A stretch of DNA of 64,000 bases. Origin: Candidatus Daviesbacteria bacterium GW2011_GWA1_41_61. Its GTDB lineage: Bacteria; Patescibacteriota; Microgenomatia; Daviesbacterales; UBA10151. Shown in pieces: positions 19,676-29,144 of the stretch. Below the pieces are notes generated by a model. It was not told where the DNA came from and did no database searches. It saw nothing but the letters and a program-made list of their open reading frames with translations. Each line of letters opens with the position of its first letter. Position 1 is the stretch's first letter. A program made the translations under genes and the position numbers. Location of the stretch: positions 243,663-307,662 of the forward strand of contig LCBT01000001.1 in NCBI GenBank assembly GCA_000997385.1, given 5' to 3'.

Positions 19676-21028
19676 TTAAAGAGTAAGTTTGATATTTTTA
19701 AGATTTTTTGCCAACCTTTCAAAGTTATCTAGTTGGGCATTTTTCTCCACAAATTCCTTTGCTTCCTGATAACTTCCCTTCTCTAGTAACCCCACTAATA
19801 TCTCAGCTAATGCTTCAATCTCAAAGAAGATTTTAGAAAAATTAGGCCAGGAAATTCCTCTTTGTTCTTTTAGGGCTCCGCTAACTAAATAATAATGCAA
19901 ATCTATGGCATTTCCGTAAACATAACTTTCCATCGCTTTACCATTTTTATAGAGCAACCAATCAGCAAACATCCAAACAATATGAATAATAATAATCGCC
20001 TCTAATTCATCCTGAGAAATTAGGCCCTTGACTACTAAATTTTTAGCATGTTGAATTCCCGAAGCAAAACCATTTGCCTCATCAATCGGTCCATAAAACT
20101 CACTTAGTCTCTCTCTCGCTCCAATAAACTTATGCAGCTGCCTACCAAGCTCATAAAGTAGAACATTCCAAGCAGTAGCTTTGAATAACAGCTCTTTGGA
20201 GTATTTTGAGGCAAACCGTTTCTCGAAAATTGATTTAAAAATTGGGTAATGAACCCTCTCAAACTTTTCTTTTAACTGTGGCTCATAAATTAAAATTTTT
20301 GACCCATATTGCTGCATAATCTCCAAATCAGAAGGAAAGTGTTCCCCGGAAAATAAAACGTCAGCCATGTAGCCTGAAGTGGAGGGAGTTTCCTCTACAA
20401 ATACATTTACTCCTTTTCGGGGAATATTTGTGGAGTGGTGTTTATTATGGCTGATTTTAGCAGAAATAAACAAAGTCTCTTTAATCTGATTGGCCTTTTC
20501 TGTTAATTCTTGATCGACAACCCCAACATGAGCTTGGAAAATGCGCTTACGAAAAAATAATTTATCTAGGTATCTTTCAAAAGGGCCTACACTAAAATCA
20601 ATAGCTGAATTTCTAACACTAAACCAGACAATATCGGCAGTTTTATAATCGCCACTAATCAAAGATTTTGCTCGAGCCCTAAGGTAATTTCTAAAAGAAT
20701 GGTTGCTAGATATCTTTGCTGCTGTTTCTATTTTTTGAGCAATAGGTTGTAAATACGAAGCATATTTTTGATGAAAAGGGACTGCTTTTAACTCTTTATT
20801 TTCCAGGGAAACATAAGTAAAAGGAGAAAGTAGCGTAGCATTTTTCCTACTAGATTTTTCAATTTGATCCCTTGAAACACCCGAAGGATAGAAACCATCA
20901 CTTAATTGTTGTTCATAGAGTTGAGCTACATCCTTAACTACATCCTCTAAAATTTTCAGGATTCTCTTATCTTCCCCAGATAATCTCAAAATAACAGCTT
21001 TACTCAATTTAAATTTGCGATAAATCAT
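19676..21028 (-). CDS. DPP-III/M49-like protein with degenerate zinc motif
   Basis: GFYP, LLSPFT, YLRARA, GPFERYLDKLF..K..F.A, FPSD....YGSK; the expected HExxH site reads YELGR. Confidence 0.6.
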   Translation of the reverse strand: MIYRKFKLSKAVILRLSGEDKRILKILEDVVKDVAQLYEQQLSDGFYPSGVSRDQIEKSSRKNATLLSPFTYVSLENKELKAVPFHQKYASYLQPIAQKIETAAKISSNHSFRNYLRARAKSLISGDYKTADIVWFSVRNSAIDFSVGPFERYLDKLFFRKRIFQAHVGVVDQELTEKANQIKETLFISAKISHNKHHSTNIPRKGVNVFVEETPSTSGYMADVLFSGEHFPSDLEIMQQYGSKILIYEPQLKEKFERVHYPIFKSIFEKRFASKYSKELLFKATAWNVLLYELGRQLHKFIGARERLSEFYGPIDEANGFASGIQHAKNLVVKGLISQDELEAIIIIHIVWMFADWLLYKNGKAMESYVYGNAIDLHYYLVSGALKEQRGISWPNFSKIFFEIEALAEILVGLLEKGSYQEAKEFVEKNAQLDNFERLAKNLKNIKLTL

Positions 21029-21513
21029 TTTATTTTCAAAACCTTACATTTATATTTCACAATCGGGGTAGATACCTCTACCACTTCACCTACTCTGGCC
21101 CCTAAAAGGGTTGCCCCTAAAGGAGACTCATTGGAAATCCTCTTTTTGGCAGGATTGGCTTCCATCTTTCCTACTATAGTAAATTCATCAATCTCCCCAT
21201 CCATCTCCACAGCGACTGTAGAACCAATAACCACAAAATCACTCTTCGGTTCCTCGGTAATTAACTTAGCATTTCTTAGGACTTCTTCCAGGTAAGCAAT
21301 CCTGTTTTCTATCAGAGCTTGTTCATCTAAAGCAGCATCATACTCAGCGTTTTCGGAGATATCACCAAATTCCCGGGCTTTCTGGATTCTATCTGTCACT
21401 TGGGCTCTTTTAGTACTTTTTAAGAAAAGCAACTCTTCTTGAGCTTCCTCAAGACCTTTTTGGGTAAAATAAACTTTTTTTTCTAAAGCCCCTGCTCTAA
21501 CTGCTTTGGTCAT
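21025..21513 (-). CDS. greA: Transcription elongation factor GreA
   Basis: AREFGDISENAEYDAA, ISNESPLG..LLG. Confidence 0.96.
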   Translation of the reverse strand: MTKAVRAGALEKKVYFTQKGLEEAQEELLFLKSTKRAQVTDRIQKAREFGDISENAEYDAALDEQALIENRIAYLEEVLRNAKLITEEPKSDFVVIGSTVAVEMDGEIDEFTIVGKMEANPAKKRISNESPLGATLLGARVGEVVEVSTPIVKYKCKVLKIK

Positions 21514-21661
21514 CTAATTAACCATACTAAACGTGCTAATTCTATTAAAGCTAATAAGATATGTCAATGAATATCCTTACACCATCTCAAGGGGAAGTGT
21601 TGGACTTAAAGTGGGTATTTTGTTAAAATTTACCTTACTCTGATCTAATCAGAGCTTGCTT

Positions 21662-21738
21662 GCCGCCATCGTCTAGTGGCCTAGGACATCGGATTCTCAT
21701 TCCGAAAACCGCGGGTTCAAATCCCGCTGGCGGTGCCA
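21662..21738 (+). tRNA. tRNA-Glu(CTC)
   Basis: Acceptor GCCGCCA/TGGCGGT, D loop AGTGGCC, anticodon arm TCGGA-TTCTCAT-TCCGA, T arm GCGGG-TTCAAAT-CCCGC, encoded CCA. Confidence 0.93.
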
Positions 21739-21753
21739 AAAAACAGCAGTAAA

Positions 21754-21783
21754 TTGACAGTCCCCTATCTTCATTGGTACGAT
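21754..21783 (+). promoter_or_regulatory. Sigma70 promoter of histidine kinase (probably leaderless)
   Basis: TTGACA-18 bp-TACGAT with extended TGn; ATG 7 nt later at 21791. Confidence 0.55.
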
Positions 21784-21790
21784 TATTCTA

Positions 21791-23305
21791 ATGAACCAGA
21801 TGGCCACTCCTCTGCCAAGCTCCGTTAGATCTTTTTCCTTTAAAAAAAGCTTGCGCCTTAAAATAGTTTTAGTTTTATTTTTGACAATCCTCTTTTCTGT
21901 TATTACTGATACTTTATTAAACTATCATTTACAAACCTTTCTCTGGGGGGTTATTATCCATCTTCCCATAGCTTTAATTGGTTCATTAATTATCTTAAAG
22001 TTTTTAAAACCTTTGGAGCAGATTTATCAAGGATCACAGGTATTGGCTAAAGGAGAATTAAAGCACCGTTTTAATATCCACACCGGAGATGAAATTCAAT
22101 CAATTGCTGAAACTATTAACGAAATGGCTCATAACTTGGATCAGACCTTACAAGGTGTATCCCAAAATAAAGATTATGTCTTTTCCGAGAAAAACAGATT
22201 AAATGCTGTCATTGCCTCTATTACTGATGGGGTGATTGTCTTGGACTTACACCGAAATGTCGTGCTGGCAAATAAAGCAGCCGAAAAAACCACCGGTTAC
22301 TCTATGGATGAGATGGTAGGCAAACCGACTGAAGCCCTTTTTGTCTTCAAAGATAAAAGCGGAGCGATCATCTCTTTAAAAGAGAACTTTCCGGTTCACT
22401 TAATGGATGAAAAAAGTGAGGGAGGAGCATCAAATATTGTCCGTTTAACCAGAAAAGATGGCTATGAAGTAGAAGTTGAACTGACTCTGTCACCTATCAT
22501 CGACAGCATCCAATCGGATTTAGGGGGAATCTTAATACTACGGGATGTTACCCAAAAGAAGGTTTTTGAACAGATGCAGATAGATTTTGTTTCCATGGCT
22601 TCACATGAAATCCGTACCCCTTTGACGAGCATTGTCAACTACCTCTCGGTTTTAGAAGAAGAAACCGGTAAAAAACTGGAAGCAGAACATAAAGATTTCT
22701 TAGACCGGGCTCTAGTTAGCGCTCAACAACTGGTTACCTTGGTGGGGAATTTACTCAACGTCTCTAAGATCGAGCGGGGATCGTTTGCCGTTTCTTTACA
22801 ATCTATTGATTGGAAGAAAAATTTGACTGAAGTAGTAGAGAACAATGTGACCTCAGCTCTCCAGAAAAACATTAAAATCAACCTCAATTTAACCCCTGGA
22901 CCCTTACCTAAAGTTATGGTGGACCCAATCAGAATCAATGAGGTGATCAATAATTTAATCAGTAACGCTTTAAATTACACTAAAGAAGGAGGAAAAATTG
23001 CGGTTTCCGTCAAAGTAGTCAAAGATGAGCTTGTCACCAGTATTGCTGATACGGGAGTGGGTATTCCGCCTGAAGCCATCGCCAACCTTTTTACCAAATT
23101 TTTCCGGGTCACCGGAGCGCTGCAGCAAGACAGTAAAGGTACCGGCTTGGGCCTTTATATCTCTAAATCAATTATTGATATGCATCATGGCAAAATCTGG
23201 GTAGAGTCTCAGGTAGGGAAAGGTTCTACTTTCTACTTCAGTCTGCCACTAGCCAATCCAAGTCTGGCTACCCCAACTATTACTAAACTCAATGCCTCAA
23301 CTTAG
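21791..23305 (+). CDS. HAMP-PAS sensor histidine kinase (WalK/PhoR-like architecture)
   Basis: 2 TM helices, HAMP (LKPL..DEI..IA..IN.M), PAS, ASHEIRTPL, NLISNALNYT, DTGVGI, GTGLGL, GKGSTF. Confidence 0.93.
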   Translation: MNQMATPLPSSVRSFSFKKSLRLKIVLVLFLTILFSVITDTLLNYHLQTFLWGVIIHLPIALIGSLIILKFLKPLEQIYQGSQVLAKGELKHRFNIHTGDEIQSIAETINEMAHNLDQTLQGVSQNKDYVFSEKNRLNAVIASITDGVIVLDLHRNVVLANKAAEKTTGYSMDEMVGKPTEALFVFKDKSGAIISLKENFPVHLMDEKSEGGASNIVRLTRKDGYEVEVELTLSPIIDSIQSDLGGILILRDVTQKKVFEQMQIDFVSMASHEIRTPLTSIVNYLSVLEEETGKKLEAEHKDFLDRALVSAQQLVTLVGNLLNVSKIERGSFAVSLQSIDWKKNLTEVVENNVTSALQKNIKINLNLTPGPLPKVMVDPIRINEVINNLISNALNYTKEGGKIAVSVKVVKDELVTSIADTGVGIPPEAIANLFTKFFRVTGALQQDSKGTGLGLYISKSIIDMHHGKIWVESQVGKGSTFYFSLPLANPSLATPTITKLNAST

Positions 23306-23331
23306 TTTAGCTTAACTTAGCTTCCACTAAC

Positions 23332-23360
23332 TTGACAAGTAACTGAAAAATCCATAACAT
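23332..23360 (+). promoter_or_regulatory. Sigma70 promoter of response regulator (probably leaderless)
   Basis: TTGACA-17 bp-TAACAT-6 nt-ATG(23367). Confidence 0.6.
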
Positions 23361-23366
23361 AAAGAC

Positions 23367-23786
23367 ATGAAAGACATAGCTGATAACCAAAAAAAGATTC
23401 TTCTAATTGAAGATGAAAACTTTATAGCTGATATCTACGCCAGAGAGCTAACCAAAGCAGGTTTTGATGTTAAAATAGAAAGAGATGGGATAGCCGGTGC
23501 TAAAGCCTTAGAAGAAGGCACTTTTGATCTGCTGCTTTTAGATATCATGCTCCCTGGGATGCATGGACTGGAGTTACTCAGGCAATGGAAGGTCAAGCAC
23601 CCCGATAACCAGATGCCAGTGTTACTTTTAACCAACCTGGGACAAGATGAAGTTATTAAAGAAGCTTTTACCCTAGGAGCCAGAGGATACCTTATTAAAG
23701 CTTCTTACACCCCTAAACAAATTGTGGAAGAGATCATCAACACCATTGCCAATAAACAATCTGGCACTCAACCCCCTACAGCTTAA
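23367..23786 (+). CDS. Single-domain response regulator (receiver)
   Basis: LLIEDE, LDIMLPGMHG, LTN, GARGYLIK. Confidence 0.92.
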   Translation: MKDIADNQKKILLIEDENFIADIYARELTKAGFDVKIERDGIAGAKALEEGTFDLLLLDIMLPGMHGLELLRQWKVKHPDNQMPVLLLTNLGQDEVIKEAFTLGARGYLIKASYTPKQIVEEIINTIANKQSGTQPPTA

Positions 23787-23878
23787 AAGTATCCTTGAGG
23801 AATCTTTTTTAAAAAGGGATGGTATTTTCTGGGATTTTCTTAAAAAATTTAAAGCCCTTTAGCCACTGAAATGAAATC

Positions 23879-25885
23879 CTATCTTAAGAAAGGTACTAAC
23901 AATAATGCCACAATGTTAGCTACCTTAATCATTGGGTTAATAGCAGGTCCGGCAGTATCTTTGTATGGATCACCAACGGTATCACCGGTCACTGCTGCCT
24001 GATGAGCTGGGGATTTTTTACCGCCTAAATTACCGGCTTCAATATATTTTTTAGCATTGTCCCAAGCTGCCCCACCGGTAGTCATGGAAATAGCCACAAA
24101 AATACCAGTGACAATAATCCCCACTAACATTCCCCCTAAAGCTGCCGGACCTAGGACTAAGCCTACAATTACCGGAGCCAAAACTGGAATAACAGCTGGC
24201 AAGATCATTTCTTTTTGAGCAGCCTCGGTAACAATAGCTACAGCTTTACCATAATCCGGCTTGGCTTTACCCTCCATAATACCTTTGATCTGCCTAAACT
24301 GACGCCTCACCTCATTAACTACTGCATAAGCAGCCTTACCTACTGCTTCCATGGCTAAAGCTGCAAAAAAGTATGGCAAAGCCCCTCCTAAAAACAATCC
24401 AATTAAAACATTGGGGTCAGAGAGGGAAAAAGTAAGTCCTCTGCCTACAGCCACCAGTTCCTCAGCATATGAGGCAAACAGCACTAAAGCTGCCAGGGCA
24501 GCTGAAGCAATAGCGTAACCTTTAGTAACAGCTTTAGTAGTGTTACCCACAGCATCTAAAGGATCGGTCACCGCGCGGACAGAATCTGGAAGCTCGGCCA
24601 TCTCGGCAATTCCTCCCGCATTATCTGTAATGGGACCATAGGCATCAATGGCCACAATAATCCCGGTCATGGAAAGCATAGCCATAGCAGCCACAGCAAT
24701 TCCATAAAGTCCAGCTAAAGCATAAGCTACCAAAATAGCTCCGGAAATTAAAATAATAGGGAGCAGGGTTGATTTCATAGATACTGCCAGCCCGGCGATA
24801 ACATTGGTTCCATGTCCAGTAGTGGAAGCCTGAGCAATAGTTTTAACTGGATTATATTTAGTAGAGGTAAAGTATTCGGTAATCACTACCATACCTACAG
24901 TTACCACCAAACCTAAAAGTGAGGCCCAATAAAGGTTGATCGCCTCAAATTGTCCGTTCCCGCTCATTAACCAAATAGTTATGGGATAAAAAGCAATAGC
25001 TGCCAAAACTGCCGAGACAGCTAAACCTTTATACATGGCCATCATGATATTTTTACCATTACCCAGGCTGACAAAAAATGTGCCAATGATAGAAGCCAGT
25101 ATCGAAACTGCTCCTAAGGCTAGGGGGTAAATCACAGCATTGGGGAAATTAGCCAAAACCAAGCTTCCCAATAAAATTGTGGCTACTGCGGTAACAGCGT
25201 AAGTTTCAAAAAGATCAGCAGCCATACCTGCACAATCCCCAACATTATCCCCAACATTGTCAGCGATGACCCCCGGATTCCGGGGGTCATCTTCCGGGAT
25301 TCCCGCCTCAATTTTCCCTACCATATCAGTCCCTACATCAGCTCCTTTAGTAAAGATGCCTCCACCCAACCTGGCAAAAACCGAGATTAAGCTTCCTCCA
25401 AAACCCAAACCTATTAGGGCTCTAATATCACTGGCTAAAAAATAAAAACCAGCTACAGACAAAAGACCTAAACCTACTACCATCAGCCCGGTGACAGCCC
25501 CTCCTTTGAAGGAAACATTCAAAGCTTTTTCCAAACCGCCTCTGGCAGCTTCAGTGGTTCTGACATTAGCCCTCACTGCCACATTCATGCCAATGAAACC
25601 TGCTAAAGCTGAGGCCACTGCCCCTACCAAAAAACCTAAAGCAGTGTTGGTACCCAGGAAAACCCACAATACTATAAAAAGAGGAATGGCTACTAAGGCA
25701 ATTGAACGGTACTGTTTATTAAGGTAAGCCCCAGCTCCTTCTTGAATAGCTTGAGCAATCTCCTGCATTTTTTTATTACCGGCAGGTAGCTTTAAAATCC
25801 AAGAGATTAAAGCTCCACCATAAGCTAAAGCAGCTACAGCAGAAGCTAAAATTAAGAAGTTTAAATTAGATACAACAAATTCCAT
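23879..25885 (-). CDS. hppA: Membrane pyrophosphatase, K+-independent H+-translocating type
   Basis: [55 protein letters not shown]. Confidence 0.95.
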   Translation of the reverse strand: MEFVVSNLNFLILASAVAALAYGGALISWILKLPAGNKKMQEIAQAIQEGAGAYLNKQYRSIALVAIPLFIVLWVFLGTNTALGFLVGAVASALAGFIGMNVAVRANVRTTEAARGGLEKALNVSFKGGAVTGLMVVGLGLLSVAGFYFLASDIRALIGLGFGGSLISVFARLGGGIFTKGADVGTDMVGKIEAGIPEDDPRNPGVIADNVGDNVGDCAGMAADLFETYAVTAVATILLGSLVLANFPNAVIYPLALGAVSILASIIGTFFVSLGNGKNIMMAMYKGLAVSAVLAAIAFYPITIWLMSGNGQFEAINLYWASLLGLVVTVGMVVITEYFTSTKYNPVKTIAQASTTGHGTNVIAGLAVSMKSTLLPIILISGAILVAYALAGLYGIAVAAMAMLSMTGIIVAIDAYGPITDNAGGIAEMAELPDSVRAVTDPLDAVGNTTKAVTKGYAIASAALAALVLFASYAEELVAVGRGLTFSLSDPNVLIGLFLGGALPYFFAALAMEAVGKAAYAVVNEVRRQFRQIKGIMEGKAKPDYGKAVAIVTEAAQKEMILPAVIPVLAPVIVGLVLGPAALGGMLVGIIVTGIFVAISMTTGGAAWDNAKKYIEAGNLGGKKSPAHQAAVTGDTVGDPYKDTAGPAINPMIKVANIVALLLVPFLR

Positions 25886-25988
25886 GGCCCTAATTTACTA
25901 TGAGTTTACACTATCGTCAAGATAGTATTTGCAAAGTAGTTCCTACAAATACATTAGCTTAAATCAGCCATTTGAGTCAATGATAATC

Positions 25989-28412
25989 TTAGGCAATAGC
26001 GTGGATGAGACGAGAAGGAGTATGGCGGGGAGAGGCAGGAGTAGGAGGCCTGGTTAAGGCTACCTCTAAAACATCATCCATATGTTTGACAAAAACAAAC
26101 TCTAAATCTTTTTGTACATAATCAGGAATATCCTCTAAATCTTTACGATTATTTTCAGGAGCAATAACAGTTTTTACTCCTGCCCGGTGGGCTGCCAAAA
26201 CCTTATCCTTTAAACCACCAATTTCTAAAACCCTTCCCCGTAAAGTTACCTCCCCGGTCATGGCCACCTCTTTACGGACCGGAATTTTGGTAAAGGCCGA
26301 AACAATGGCAGTTGTTAAAGCAATTCCTGCTGAGGGGCCGTCTTTAGGCACTGCCCCCTCTGGAACATGGACATGAATATCTACTTTATGATAAAAATTC
26401 TCCGGTAAACCTAACTGCTTCCAGTGGGATCTGACATAAGATACTGCCGCTGTGGCAGATTCTTTCATCACATCTCCAAGCTGTCCAGTCAAAATCAATT
26501 GTCCTTTTCCTGGCATCAGTGTCACCTCGTTAAATAAGATATCTCCACCGGCTTCAGTAACTGCCATGCCAGTAGAAGTGCCGATACTATCCTCCACTTC
26601 AGCCAGTTGAGGGGTAAACTTGGCAGGTCCTAAAAGTTTAGTTACTTCTTGGGGAATAATAGTAAAGCCGGCGGATTTTTCTCCCTCAGCAATCTTACGG
26701 GCAATCTTACGGATAACGGCGGAGAGCTCTCTTTCTAAATTCCTCACTCCGGCCTCACGGGTATATTTTTCAATAATATGATAAATCGCCTCGGATTCAA
26801 AGCGTAATTGTTTCTCTTTCAAGCCATGAGTAGTAATCTGTTTAGGAAGAAGGAAATTTTGGGCAATATGGAATTTTTCATCCTCAGTATAACCGGCATA
26901 TCTGATCACCTCTAACCTATCCCTCAAAGCCGGAGGGATCGTATCTAAGATGTTAGCCGTGGTGATAAACATACAATTAGACAGATCATAAGGAACCTCC
27001 AAATAATGATCAGAGAAGACATTGTTTTGCTCTGGGTCTAAAGCCTCAAGGAGGGCGGCTGAGGGGTCACCCCGGTAATCCATACCAATTTTATCAATCT
27101 CATCCAGCATAAAGACTGGATTAATACTTCCAGCCTGCTTAATCCCTTGAATGATCCGTCCGGGCATAGAACCAACATAAGTTCGGCGATGTCCGCGGAT
27201 CTCAGCCTCATCGCGGATTCCTCCTAAAGAAACTTTAACAAATTTCCTGCCTAAAGCCCGGGCGATAGATTTACCAATTGAAGTTTTACCTGTTCCTGGT
27301 GGCCCCACAAAACAGAGGATCGGACCTTTGACCTTACCGGAGAGTTTATGGACCGCCAAATATTCCAGTATTCTTTCCTTGACTTTATTTAAACCGTAGT
27401 GATCTTCATCCAAAATCGTCTGGGCCTTTTTTAGGTCAACCCGGGTCTTATCTTTGGTTTTCCAAGGCAGATCGGTTAGCCATTCCAAGTAATTTCTTTT
27501 ATAAGAAGCCTCGGGGTTATATTGAGACATTTTAGCCAGTCCAGCCAACTCTTTTAAGGCCTTTTCTCTGACCTCTTTAGGCATACCAGAGCGTTTAATC
27601 TTATTTTCAAACTCCCTAACTTCCTGGTTTTGCCCATCGCCATCACCTAACTCTTCCTCAATAGAACGCATCTGTTCCCGCAGGATAGCTTCTTTAGTCA
27701 TCTTGGAAACTCTCTCTTGAGTTTTGGTGGAGATGTTTTGGGAGATCTCCAGAATTTTGATCTCTTTAGCCAATAACTCCGAGAGTCTTTGCAGTCTTTC
27801 CACAGCTAAAACCATCTCTAAAATCTGTTGTTTATCAATAGTTTTAAGGTCTACCGCCTGAGCAATAGAATTGACAAGAAGGTTGGGGTCATCGTTTTGA
27901 GAAACTACAGTCCAACTAGCAGCCCAGTTAGATAAAGCACTGGGGTCAAAGAGAGGATTTCCTCCCAGTTCAATAAAACGCCTAAATTGATCGCGGATAG
28001 TCCTCATTAAAGCTTCCGTCTCTTCAGTTTTCTCAAAAAGTTCGGGGATTTCTTCTACTGCTGCTTCAAGATAAGGTTCGTTTTGAGTATAGCTTTTAAT
28101 GAAAACCCGGGTTAACCCTTCGGCAGACACGGTGTACTCTCCATCCGGATTGCGGATCATCCGTTTTAAAAGGCAGACTGTGCCCACCTGATAGAGGTCT
28201 TTACCATCTGGATCTTCGATACGGCTGTTTTTTTGGGTGACGAAAACTATTTGTCGGTTAGTAGACCAAGCCTGGTCTAAAGCAGATTTAGATTTTACTC
28301 TGCCTGAAACAATGGGCAAAGATGTTCCGGGAAACATCACTGTGTCACGTAACGGGCCAACTGGCAGTTTTTCCGGTAGTTTTAGTGGTTGGGAAGTATA
28401 ATCCGTTATCAT
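25989..28412 (-). CDS. lon: ATP-dependent protease La (LonA)
   Basis: LON N-domain, GPPGTGKTS, RGHRRTYVG, LDEIDK, KDGPSAG catalytic Ser, IGGLKDK. Confidence 0.97.
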   Translation of the reverse strand: MITDYTSQPLKLPEKLPVGPLRDTVMFPGTSLPIVSGRVKSKSALDQAWSTNRQIVFVTQKNSRIEDPDGKDLYQVGTVCLLKRMIRNPDGEYTVSAEGLTRVFIKSYTQNEPYLEAAVEEIPELFEKTEETEALMRTIRDQFRRFIELGGNPLFDPSALSNWAASWTVVSQNDDPNLLVNSIAQAVDLKTIDKQQILEMVLAVERLQRLSELLAKEIKILEISQNISTKTQERVSKMTKEAILREQMRSIEEELGDGDGQNQEVREFENKIKRSGMPKEVREKALKELAGLAKMSQYNPEASYKRNYLEWLTDLPWKTKDKTRVDLKKAQTILDEDHYGLNKVKERILEYLAVHKLSGKVKGPILCFVGPPGTGKTSIGKSIARALGRKFVKVSLGGIRDEAEIRGHRRTYVGSMPGRIIQGIKQAGSINPVFMLDEIDKIGMDYRGDPSAALLEALDPEQNNVFSDHYLEVPYDLSNCMFITTANILDTIPPALRDRLEVIRYAGYTEDEKFHIAQNFLLPKQITTHGLKEKQLRFESEAIYHIIEKYTREAGVRNLERELSAVIRKIARKIAEGEKSAGFTIIPQEVTKLLGPAKFTPQLAEVEDSIGTSTGMAVTEAGGDILFNEVTLMPGKGQLILTGQLGDVMKESATAAVSYVRSHWKQLGLPENFYHKVDIHVHVPEGAVPKDGPSAGIALTTAIVSAFTKIPVRKEVAMTGEVTLRGRVLEIGGLKDKVLAAHRAGVKTVIAPENNRKDLEDIPDYVQKDLEFVFVKHMDDVLEVALTRPPTPASPRHTPSRLIHAIA

Positions 28413-28433
28413 GACTTTAAATTAGCCTCCAAA

Positions 28434-28470
28434 CTAGCAGAATCATAACACGAGTGCTAAATATTGGCAA
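28434..28470 (-). promoter_or_regulatory. lon promoter overlapped by a CIRCE-like (HrcA) operator
   Basis: Minus strand TTGCCA-17 bp-TATGAT with TGn; TTAGCACTC-N9-TTCTGCTAG at 28460-28434; GGAGG RBS at 28430-28426. Confidence 0.65.
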
Positions 28471-28529
28471 GCCCCAAATTAATTGACTATTCATCCTTGT
28501 TAACAATCTACCATAAATTATTAATTAAT

Positions 28530-29072
28530 TCAGTAATCTATCCCTACTTTTGCTAAAAATCCTTTTTCAAAAGGATGCTTGATAGCTTGCATTTCAGTCA
28601 CCAGATCTGCTTTCTCTATTATCTTTAGGGAGGCGTGATGGCCTGTCAAAACTAAATCCAGCTTCTTCGGTTTATGGTTGATTAATTTAAGTATATCAGA
28701 AATTTTAAGAAGTTTACCGGCCACCGCCCCAATAATTTCATCGGCTATCACTACATCCCACTTACCAGAAGTTGTTTCTTTATACAGCATACCAAAAGTT
28801 TCCTGGGCCACTTTTTGATGCTGAGATAAGGGCAGTTTATCGTTTAAAATTTTGACAAATCCTTTTCCTCCCTGGATTAACTTAACATAAGGGGATAACT
28901 TTTTAATACCCTCAAGCTCACCAGTAAACCAAGCTTTACCGAATTGAACAATCAAAACTTTTTTCTTATATCCTGCAGCCCTTAAAGCCAACCCCAAAGC
29001 AGCAGTAGTCTTCCCCTTCCCTTCCCCGGTATAAACAATCACCAAACCTTTTGTCTGCTCTTGGAATTTCAT
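28530..29072 (-). CDS. cobO: ATP:corrinoid adenosyltransferase (CobA/CobO/BtuR)
   Basis: YTGEGKGKTTAALGLALRAAG, VQF.K, ADEI, VLTG, ADLVTEM..IKHPF..G..A..GIDY; start taken at ATG 29072. Confidence 0.92.
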   Translation of the reverse strand: MKFQEQTKGLVIVYTGEGKGKTTAALGLALRAAGYKKKVLIVQFGKAWFTGELEGIKKLSPYVKLIQGGKGFVKILNDKLPLSQHQKVAQETFGMLYKETTSGKWDVVIADEIIGAVAGKLLKISDILKLINHKPKKLDLVLTGHHASLKIIEKADLVTEMQAIKHPFEKGFLAKVGIDY

Positions 29073-29081
29073 AATAGGAAT

Positions 29082-29142
29082 TTTGATGGTAGATGATAGG
29101 GGTAAAAGTACTACCTTCCATCTTCCATTATCTATCGTCAAA
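29082..29142. repeat. Intergenic inverted repeat / hairpin between nrdJ and cobO
   Basis: TTTGATGGTAGATGAT (29082-29097) pairs with ATTATCTATCGTCAAA (29127-29142); the three non-Watson-Crick pairs are all G-U on the plus strand. Confidence 0.6.
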
Positions 29143-29144
29143 CT

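Noticed and set aside
29073-29144. Cobalamin riboswitch upstream of cobO, or an N-terminal extension of CobO
   Set aside because: Too short and lacks the B12-box; the extension merely translates the hairpin.
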